Virus record (IMG/VR): IMGVR_UViG_3300017903_000263
Location: 1 to 46,113 of that record
Length of the DNA: 46,113 bases
From: a virus
Lineage: Duplodnaviria > Caudoviricetes
Reading direction: 5' to 3' (one strand)
Positions 18,704-25,165 of this stretch are shown piece after piece. The notes under the pieces are model-generated. The model searched no databases and was not told the origin of the DNA. It saw nothing but the letters and a program-made list of their open reading frames with translations. The translations under genes were made by a program, and so were the position numbers. Each line of letters begins with the position of its first letter. Position 1 is the stretch's first letter.

Positions 18704-19193
18704 CTTCTTGAGCAAGTGGTTCAGCGATAGGATGCTTTGCAGTCTCTCCTGCTACTCCAGCAGTAGGAGCGTCAGTTCCAGTTACCTCAGCAATCTCTGC
18801 TAGTTGTGCTTCTATGTTTGGGTTGGTCTGACCCTCTTCCCACTTAGGCACTGCTTCAGTATTCGCTTTCTCTTGCGCTTCCTGCTGTGCTACCAAGACT
18901 CCAATCTTATTGCGATATGCTTCGTTAAGACCTTGATCTGGTTCACCGATCGCTAGGATGCAATCATAAGGCACACGGAACTGATAGTCCACAGAGTATG
19001 GGCACCACTTACTAAACTTAACTTGAAGATCCAATTCAGAATTAGGATCATCAGAACTTACCAGTTCAAGGATGTAAGGGTTCTTCATTACAAGACAAAC
19101 GCCACGCTTGTCTTCTCCAGTTCCTTCAAATACTTCTTGTAGTTCACAGATGACACGCTCGCCATTCTTAAACACAACAATTTGATCAGCCAT
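18681..19193 (-). CDS. Hypothetical protein (Sm-like N-terminal domain, acidic tail)
   Basis: IVVFKNGERVICEL...LVMKNPYIL...KWCPYS pattern; sigma70-like promoter upstream. Confidence 0.75.
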   Translation of the reverse strand: MADQIVVFKNGERVICELQEVFEGTGEDKRGVCLVMKNPYILELVSSDDPNSELDLQVKFSKWCPYSVDYQFRVPYDCILAIGEPDQGLNEAYRNKIGVLVAQQEAQEKANTEAVPKWEEGQTNPNIEAQLAEIAEVTGTDAPTAGVAGETAKHPIAEPLAQEDAETAEV

Positions 19194-19213
19194 AGTTCTC
19201 CAATGTTTCTAGT

Positions 19214-19242
19214 AGTATAACACAAAATGCAAAAGGGGGCAA
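19214..19242 (-). promoter_or_regulatory. Sigma70-like promoter for the 19193-gp43 transcript
   Basis: TTGCCC-N17-TATACT with extended -10 TGn. Confidence 0.6.
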
Positions 19243-19249
19243 CGCCCCC
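19231..19249 (-). terminator. Terminator after hsp20
   Basis: GGGGGC-GTT-GCCCCC-TTTT. Confidence 0.7.
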
Positions 19250-19262
19250 CTGTGCCAGATAT

Positions 19263-19670
19263 TTATTTGACTTCGTATGTGGTTCGTTTCATATGGTCTG
19301 GAATAATTTTCTCTAAACTAATGATCAACAGACCGTCATTAAATGCTACGTCCACAACTCGAACATCGTCAGCGAGTTGCCAAGATTCTGTAAATGATCT
19401 TCGGGACAATCCTTTGTGCAAGTATTCAACTTTAGGATCTGTTCCTGCAGTCTTGGTGGCAACTCGGAGAAGGTTTGATTCAGTAGATACTTCAATCTCC
19501 TCTCTTTTAAATCCTGCGAGAGCGATTTGAATTTCGTAATTACTGGAGTCATGTTTGATTAGGTTATACGGAGGATAGTTCTTGTTGTGACTTGTCATTG
19601 AGTCAAGTCTGTGGAACATATCACTCAGACCTACAGCGTGGGGCAAATAGATATCCCAAGTATTTGTCAT
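19263..19670 (-). CDS. hsp20: Small heat shock protein
   Basis: NYPPYNL, IALAGF, YLHKGLSRRSF, DGLLII alpha-crystallin motifs. Confidence 0.95.
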   Translation of the reverse strand: MTNTWDIYLPHAVGLSDMFHRLDSMTSHNKNYPPYNLIKHDSSNYEIQIALAGFKREEIEVSTESNLLRVATKTAGTDPKVEYLHKGLSRRSFTESWQLADDVRVVDVAFNDGLLIISLEKIIPDHMKRTTYEVK

Positions 19671-19737
19671 TGCGGTTCTCCTTTATTTAAGCGAGAGTTT
19701 AATTGATCGGACCCCGAAGGCATCCAATATTATTTAA
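19671..19737 (-). promoter_or_regulatory. hsp20 late promoter and structured 5' UTR
   Basis: TTAAATA (19731-19737), hairpin GGATGCC-TTCG-GGGTCC, then CTCGCTT able to pair with the AAGGAG SD. Confidence 0.6.
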
Positions 19738-19746
19738 CCAAGACAC

Positions 19747-19780
19747 AAAAAAAGTGATGTGGTATAAACCGCATCACTTT
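19747..19780 (-). terminator. Rho-independent terminator downstream of regA
   Basis: AAAGTGATGCGG-TTTATA-CCACATCACTTT followed by further Ts. Confidence 0.85.
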
Positions 19781-19822
19781 GTAGGGTGTTCCGACTTTCG
19801 TAGAGACCGCACGAAAGGTCTC
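19747..19822 (-). ncRNA. Candidate small late ncRNA with H-type pseudoknot
   Basis: Late promoter ATAAATA (19828-19834), then GAGACC-TTTCGT-GC-GGTCTC-T-ACGAAA, then a terminator; no ORF inside. Confidence 0.55.
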
Positions 19823-19827
19823 GCTAT

Positions 19828-19834
19828 TATTTAT
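19828..19834 (-). promoter_or_regulatory. T4-like late promoter ATAAATA
   Basis: Overlaps the regA stop codon; only the pseudoknot and terminator lie downstream. Confidence 0.6.
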
Positions 19835-20250
19835 GCCTCAGGTTTCTTTCTACCAATGTTGTATTTTGATTCCAATGTCCATTCTCCCTTATCCTTATAG
19901 GAGAGAACTTTAATTTGGTTGAGGGGTGCAACGTCTTCGATCTGAGACTTATCAACAATAGAAATAAGACCCCAATCAGAAAGAAGTTGAGCGATTCTGT
20001 TACGGCGTTGGACATCATTTAATGACAGGTTAGTGTTTTTTCCATCCAGAGCAAACAACTCTTTGAAGTGAACGATGTAATATTTGCCTTGTTTATGGAG
20101 AATATGACATGACTGATATAGCTTTCTATCACGTCTAGATGCAACACCGATACGAGTGAGAGTTTCACGTACCTTCAGAAAGTCGTCGGGTTCATTCAGA
20201 ACCACTTCAACCATATCTGCTGGTTGCCATTGAATTTCAGTTTCAGTCAT
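19831..20250 (-). CDS. regA: Translational repressor RegA
   Basis: DDFLKVRETLTRIGVAS, LYQSCHILHKQGKYYIVHFKELFALDG. Confidence 0.96.
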   Translation of the reverse strand: MTETEIQWQPADMVEVVLNEPDDFLKVRETLTRIGVASRRDRKLYQSCHILHKQGKYYIVHFKELFALDGKNTNLSLNDVQRRNRIAQLLSDWGLISIVDKSQIEDVAPLNQIKVLSYKDKGEWTLESKYNIGRKKPEA

Positions 20251-20633
20251 CTCGTTCCGCCTGTATCTAATAATTTTTTGATCTGTTCAAGGTCAGAATT
20301 AGTAAGAATTCTAAGGGCGGCAACTGCTTTACTATGGTTGTATCCATAATATTGCTTCACCAATTCAAGGTTCTCTAATTCATCTTTTCGCAACCAGGGA
20401 GAGAAACGTTTCCTTGGCTTCAAACTATTTATGTAAAAATCATATTGCATCTTCTTGTCCAAATGATTATGGACATTCATCTCGTTAGCATACAGGATGC
20501 TATCGGTAAAAGATGACAGGCATTTGTTGATAATAAAAGGGGGATAACCTTTAACTGCATCTACATCTGCATCCATCAGATTCTTCTTGGATTGATTGAT
20601 GCTGTACAGGTAATCTCTCAGTTCATACTTCAT
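20247..20633 (-). CDS. gp62: Clamp loader small subunit (T4 gp62)
   Basis: YPPFIINKCLS, QYDFYINS, KRFSPW, YYGYN; position between gp44 and regA. Confidence 0.9.
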   Translation of the reverse strand: MKYELRDYLYSINQSKKNLMDADVDAVKGYPPFIINKCLSSFTDSILYANEMNVHNHLDKKMQYDFYINSLKPRKRFSPWLRKDELENLELVKQYYGYNHSKAVAALRILTNSDLEQIKKLLDTGGTR

Positions 20634-20634
20634 A

Positions 20635-20775
20635 TTAAAATTTTGCAGTCACACCGATAACTTTAGCATTAGGGTTACGTGCCAGGGCAACCTCTCTTGC
20701 CTCCTGGTAGTCGCGAGCATAAACCTCCTCAGCGAAGACCTTGCCAGCAACATAGAGTTTCACTTCACACTTCAT
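20635..20775 (-). CDS. Small hypothetical protein (46 aa), not in the ORF track
   Basis: MKCEVKLYVAGKVFAEEVYARDYQEAREVALARNPNAKVIGVTAKF*; fills the dam-gp62 gap. Confidence 0.7.
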   Translation of the reverse strand: MKCEVKLYVAGKVFAEEVYARDYQEAREVALARNPNAKVIGVTAKF

Positions 20776-21616
20776 AGTTGGTTAGGACGAGTTCCTTGCG
20801 AGACGCTTGATCTGTATTATAACTCCCCACGCTCCTCATGGTGTAAGTGTGTGCAAATTCTGCAGCTGTCCACCCCTCAAAGCGATCTCGGATCAGTTGC
20901 GACGAATTGTAACTAATAAGTTGAGGACTGATAAAACGATCACACTTGATAGCAAAATGATCGTGGTTAAATCCTTTGTGCATGTCACCTCTACGACCAT
21001 ATAGGTTGGATCCAATTTCGTAGGGGGGATCAAGGTAGATGAAGGTCTGCTTGTGATCGCTAAGGAGTTGTTCATAAGACATATTAGTAATTTTCCAGTT
21101 ACCAATCAATGCTTGGTAATCAGTCAGTTTCTCAATACCATTCAGCGAGAAGTTGCTGTCACTTGCTTGCTTGGAGAAAGATGATGACTCAGTGAGACCT
21201 GAAAAACTGCACTTATTGACAACGTAAAAAGACACAGCACGCCAAATGTCCTCATTGTATGGAGGAAACTTGGTGCTAGTCTGAGATCCAGCGAGGTAAT
21301 CCTTCGCATCCAGAAATAGACTCTTGGCACTGGTTGGATCTGGATGTCGCTGCTTGAGTTGAAGGAGGATGTTCTTAAGATCATGTCCGTTATCCTGTAG
21401 AACTCGCCAGAAATTATATAGAGGTTCATACAGATCGTTGACCCAGATATTGAGACGTGGGTAACGCTTAGTAACTTCCAATGCTACAGAACCACCGCCC
21501 AGAAAGGGTTCGTGGTAGTCAGTATATCCTGACAAATCAGGAATGTATTGGAAGAGTTTACTCAGGGCACGACTCTTCCCCCCTGGATAGCGAAGGGGAG
21601 TCTTCAGGGATTTCAT
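20765..21616 (-). CDS. dam: DNA adenine methyltransferase (D12 class, Dam-like)
   Basis: PLRYPGGKS, EPFLGGGS, NDL and DPPY catalytic motif; start at MKSLKT. Confidence 0.92.
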   Translation of the reverse strand: MKSLKTPLRYPGGKSRALSKLFQYIPDLSGYTDYHEPFLGGGSVALEVTKRYPRLNIWVNDLYEPLYNFWRVLQDNGHDLKNILLQLKQRHPDPTSAKSLFLDAKDYLAGSQTSTKFPPYNEDIWRAVSFYVVNKCSFSGLTESSSFSKQASDSNFSLNGIEKLTDYQALIGNWKITNMSYEQLLSDHKQTFIYLDPPYEIGSNLYGRRGDMHKGFNHDHFAIKCDRFISPQLISYNSSQLIRDRFEGWTAAEFAHTYTMRSVGSYNTDQASRKELVLTNYEV

Positions 21617-21770
21617 AGTCTGGGGCATTGTACTTCAAGTATTCACGAAAGATGTGCTTCATTTCACGCTCGGTCATTCCACAATGAGCGGCGGCAGCAG
21701 GAAGGTTCATTGTAGCACGAAACAAACCATCATTTGCTTCCGCCACATTTTCAGGCGTCGTCTTCTTCAA
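21558..21770 (-). CDS. Small hypothetical protein, HTH-like
   Basis: TTPENVAEAN...MNLPAAAAHCGMTEREMK; TTG start inferred; 3' end overlaps dam. Confidence 0.6.
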   Translation of the reverse strand: MKKTTPENVAEANDGLFRATMNLPAAAAHCGMTEREMKHIFREYLKYNAPDYEIPEDSPSLSRGEESCPE

Positions 21771-21948
21771 CTTGGTCGAACTCTTCGATTTGACTTGTAA
21801 CAACAATGTGTTGTCCGTTAATCTGGTACTCATGCTCTCCTTTCTCTTCATTGAATCCTAGGTACTTCAGGTCATCATCCATAAACAGGTTCTCTCGGAG
21901 TGCTGCTTGTATTTTATGATGAATAAGATCGGTTTTGCTTACTTGCAT
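21751..21948 (-). CDS. Small hypothetical protein
   Basis: ORF track; fits operon spacing after gp44. Confidence 0.65.
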   Translation of the reverse strand: MQVSKTDLIHHKIQAALRENLFMDDDLKYLGFNEEKGEHEYQINGQHIVVTSQIEEFDQVEEDDA

Positions 21949-21968
21949 TGTATTTCTTAAGAATCTCT

Positions 21969-22910
21969 TTATTTGAATTCACATCCCATCATCACCTCTG
22001 TTAGACAGGCAAGAAGATTGACTTCTTGGTCAGCAACAAAAGCAATCTGGTATTGATACTTTGCAAGAATCAGAACTGCTTCTGGGATGTACTTAGGTTT
22101 GATTTGCTCATACAAAAGATTGTATATCTTTCTCATGACAATGTTAGGATCATTGTCGATGTTCTCTATAACCCACTTGCGTACAGTTGTGAACTCTTTG
22201 TTCTTAAGAGCTGATAGCAGTTGATCTAGATTGATGTCAGCAATATCAACCAGGATGTTTGTGTCAATCTTACCTGATGCTGAGTGACGCTGAGTCTCAT
22301 TGATCAAGCGACGCCAGTCAGGGAAGTAACGACCAATAAGTTTGACAAGGATCTTGTCCTCATACTCAATCCCATTTTCGTCAAGGATTTCTTTCAAGCG
22401 ACCAAAGAACTGCGCTTGAAGTTTCTGCTGCTGTGCCTTAGCGATACGAAAGTCAACGACTGTGCATCGTGAGTGCAGCGGTTCAATAATCTTGTTCTGG
22501 AAGTTACAAGTGAAGATGAATCGGCAGTTGCTGTGAAACTCCTCCACAAAGGCACGTAGCGAAAGTTGCACGTCATGGGTGGTGTTGTCTGCCTCATCGA
22601 TGATAACGACCTTGTGAGGTGCCCCACCGACCAGAGAGACTGTAGATGCGAACGTCTTGACGCGGTTGCGAACTGTGTCAATGAAACGTCCTTCATCAGA
22701 CCCGTTGATGACGATGTAAGAGGCACCGATCTCCTCACACAACGCTTTAGCAACAGTGGTCTTACCGACGCCTGCAGACCCCAGGAGAAGCAGGTTAGGA
22801 ATCTCTCCCTGCTCTACAAATCCTTGAAATGGTTTCTTGAGGTTGTCAGGCAGAATGCAGTCATCAATTTTTTTGGGACGATACTGCTCAACCCACAGAA
22901 ACTTCTTCAT
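21969..22910 (-). CDS. gp44: Clamp loader large subunit (T4 gp44)
   Basis: LWVEQYRP, GSAGVGKT, IIDEAD, LHSRC; start MKKFLW. Confidence 0.96.
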   Translation of the reverse strand: MKKFLWVEQYRPKKIDDCILPDNLKKPFQGFVEQGEIPNLLLLGSAGVGKTTVAKALCEEIGASYIVINGSDEGRFIDTVRNRVKTFASTVSLVGGAPHKVVIIDEADNTTHDVQLSLRAFVEEFHSNCRFIFTCNFQNKIIEPLHSRCTVVDFRIAKAQQQKLQAQFFGRLKEILDENGIEYEDKILVKLIGRYFPDWRRLINETQRHSASGKIDTNILVDIADINLDQLLSALKNKEFTTVRKWVIENIDNDPNIVMRKIYNLLYEQIKPKYIPEAVLILAKYQYQIAFVADQEVNLLACLTEVMMGCEFK

Positions 22911-23575
22911 CAAAACTCCAATGCAATATAATAAACAAGATCCAGACGAGTGTGACGCCACTCAGAAACTAGATGCTTAGACACCTTAACATGATAGTCG
23001 CCTGGTTGCAGACGAAGGTGTTCCACTTTGAGGACTAGTTCATAATCCCCAGTCGTGTCTCCTGCGATAGTCTGGCAATAGTCATTGCTAGTTTCGTTCT
23101 CGGAGTCACGAAGATACAGACTGATCTGATTGTCCTCAGACTTGAAGACCAGATCTGTCAGGTTGTAAACTGCTGCTGCTTTCTGCAGAGAAGTGATATC
23201 TTCCCAGGTGATGTTGAAATCAATATCAGCACCAGGGAAATTGATGTTCTTCTCAGGAGCAGACTTGAGAGTGATCTCAGGATCCGAGAAGAAGTATTTG
23301 GCAGAACGACCGCGACTACGGATAGTCACATAGTTCTCATTATCAAATTCCAGAACAGGATTCTGGAAGAGAGTCAGACCAGCAAGAAACTGGTTCAGAT
23401 CATAGATGCCAAACGTCTGAGGGAAACTCTCTTCACATGAATATTGTGCAAGAGCATTCTCTCCGACGCTGATTGTCTTCAGTTCGTTTCCTTCACGAAT
23501 AAGGATGGAACTATTAATTGTAGAATAGTTCTTAAGGACCTGAAGAGTTTGTTCAGAAAGAATAACTTTATTCAT
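22910..23575 (-). CDS. gp45: Sliding clamp (T4 gp45)
   Basis: LKNYSTINSSI, FGIYDLNQFL, YYIALE C-terminus. Confidence 0.94.
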   Translation of the reverse strand: MNKVILSEQTLQVLKNYSTINSSILIREGNELKTISVGENALAQYSCEESFPQTFGIYDLNQFLAGLTLFQNPVLEFDNENYVTIRSRGRSAKYFFSDPEITLKSAPEKNINFPGADIDFNITWEDITSLQKAAAVYNLTDLVFKSEDNQISLYLRDSENETSNDYCQTIAGDTTGDYELVLKVEHLRLQPGDYHVKVSKHLVSEWRHTRLDLVYYIALEF

Positions 23576-23859
23576 TGATTGTAAGTTTCGGTAACAGAGG
23601 ACTTGTCGCTGAAGTGGAGAAGCAGCAGTGCATAGTGAAGGATCTTAACGATGTCACGTCGTGCAGTGCCTTTCTTATCGTAGCGAGAAGCATATTTCAG
23701 GATGTTGCTGCGACAGAATGCTTCAGCATCTCCAACAGATTCAATTAGATCCAGTGTCTGAATCTTATCGTTGCCAGCAGAATAGTGTTGATTGTATGTG
23801 CTGGCAATGTAATCACGTAGCTCTTGGATGAGAGCATCTTCATTATATTTGAAAGTCAT
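23572..23859 (-). CDS. DUF3310-like hypothetical protein
   Basis: HYS...FCRSNILKYASRYDKKG...DIVKILHY pattern. Confidence 0.7.
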   Translation of the reverse strand: MTFKYNEDALIQELRDYIASTYNQHYSAGNDKIQTLDLIESVGDAEAFCRSNILKYASRYDKKGTARRDIVKILHYALLLLHFSDKSSVTETYNQ

Positions 23860-24026
23860 TTACCCCAGATGTACTCAATGTTGTCATGATAGCACTCAAA
23901 GATCGTGCCGTCAATTGCTTGCATGGTGAGTTTGATTCCCTCACCACTCATAATTTTACCAGACTTATAGTCGCAATTTTTTAGAATTGCGACTTGTCCA
24001 ACATAACCATGAAATTTATCACTCAT
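23856..24026 (-). CDS. Small hypothetical protein (56 aa)
   Basis: Start MSDKFHGY overlapping the end of cobS; ATGA overlap downstream. Confidence 0.6.
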   Translation of the reverse strand: MSDKFHGYVGQVAILKNCDYKSGKIMSGEGIKLTMQAIDGTIFECYHDNIEYIWGK

Positions 24027-25101
24027 TGTCTTCCTCCATCTCAACGTTTTCATCGAGTTTGGTGTACAGATCAAGGAACAGAGTCTTGGTCTCCTCATCG
24101 AAGCGGTTGACACAGATCTTGATCGCTTTCATGCGGTCACCCCAAATGGCATACGCACGAATGATGTGAGACAGGCGGCGAGTAGAAATAACTTCGTCAA
24201 CACCACCATCGGCAAACGTTTTGCGAATAACATCTGCCCAGTCTGCAAGTTTACCATAGAATTCTGTGTCAGTCAATCCAATGGCAGCACCAAGACGCTC
24301 AAGGATCTTGGTCTCAACCTTAGGAGTCGGATACTCTTGCTCGAAAGTCAAGGCAAAACGCTCAAGGAATGCTTCGTTAAGAACGTTGGTGCCGATGAAG
24401 CGACCATCATCAGAACCCTTGCCCTTGGTGTTGGCAGTAGCAATGATGTTGAAACCAGCAGCAGGTTTAATGTAGCGACCAGTCTTCTTCAAGAAGAGAC
24501 CCTTGCCTTCCAGAATAGATTGCAGACACATGATCTTGTTAGAGGCAAGATCAACCTCGTCTAGAAGCAGCACAGCTCCGCGTTGAAGAGCTTCGATGAA
24601 TGGACCATTATGCCAAACAGTTTCGCCATTAACAAGACGGAGCCCACCAATAAGATCATCTTCGTCAGTTTCAATGGTGATGTTCACGCGAATGATCTCT
24701 CTATTTAGAGCAGCACATGCTTGTTCAACACCAAAAGTTTTACCATTACCAGACATACCAGTGATGAACACAGGGTAGAACATCTTGGACTGGATGATCT
24801 TCTTCACATCAGTGAAGTTACCGAACGGGACAAAAGTGTCGTCTTTCTCAGGAATGAGATTCTGCTCCACAGCAGGAATTGCTGCAGGTGCCTCAAAAGT
24901 TTGCTCCAGTTTTTCTTGAACTGTAAGATTCCACTTACCGCGACCCACGTTGTAATCACGAATACGCTTGACAGCAGTAGGGTAAGTAACACCAAAATGG
25001 TCGCAAGCAGAACGAACGTGATCGGCATTGATGTCACTCCCGAAGTTCTCAGTCAGGTAAGAAGTAAGTTGTGTGGTGGTCAGGTCAGACTTGGCAGGCA
25101 T
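24019..25101 (-). CDS. cobS: MoxR/CbbQ-type AAA+ ATPase (cyanophage 'CobS')
   Basis: Walker A GMSGNGKT, Walker B LLLDEVD, ATANTKG, AFLERF, ISTRRL. Confidence 0.9.
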   Translation of the reverse strand: MPAKSDLTTTQLTSYLTENFGSDINADHVRSACDHFGVTYPTAVKRIRDYNVGRGKWNLTVQEKLEQTFEAPAAIPAVEQNLIPEKDDTFVPFGNFTDVKKIIQSKMFYPVFITGMSGNGKTFGVEQACAALNREIIRVNITIETDEDDLIGGLRLVNGETVWHNGPFIEALQRGAVLLLDEVDLASNKIMCLQSILEGKGLFLKKTGRYIKPAAGFNIIATANTKGKGSDDGRFIGTNVLNEAFLERFALTFEQEYPTPKVETKILERLGAAIGLTDTEFYGKLADWADVIRKTFADGGVDEVISTRRLSHIIRAYAIWGDRMKAIKICVNRFDEETKTLFLDLYTKLDENVEMEEDNE

Positions 25102-25122
25102 TGGTTGGTTGCGTATGAAGTA

Positions 25123-25165
25123 AGTATAGGGCAGAGTGGGGCAGAGTCAGGGGCAGAGTGGACAC
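25123..25165 (-). promoter_or_regulatory. Early/middle-type promoter of cobS
   Basis: GTGTCCAC-N29-TATACT. Confidence 0.6.
25129..25159. repeat. Three direct copies of GGGCAGAGT
   Basis: Copies start at 25129, 25139 and 25151. Confidence 0.85.

Noticed and set aside
25129-25159. CRISPR-like mini-array
   Set aside because: The repeats are only 9 nt with 1-3 nt gaps; there are no spacers or cas genes
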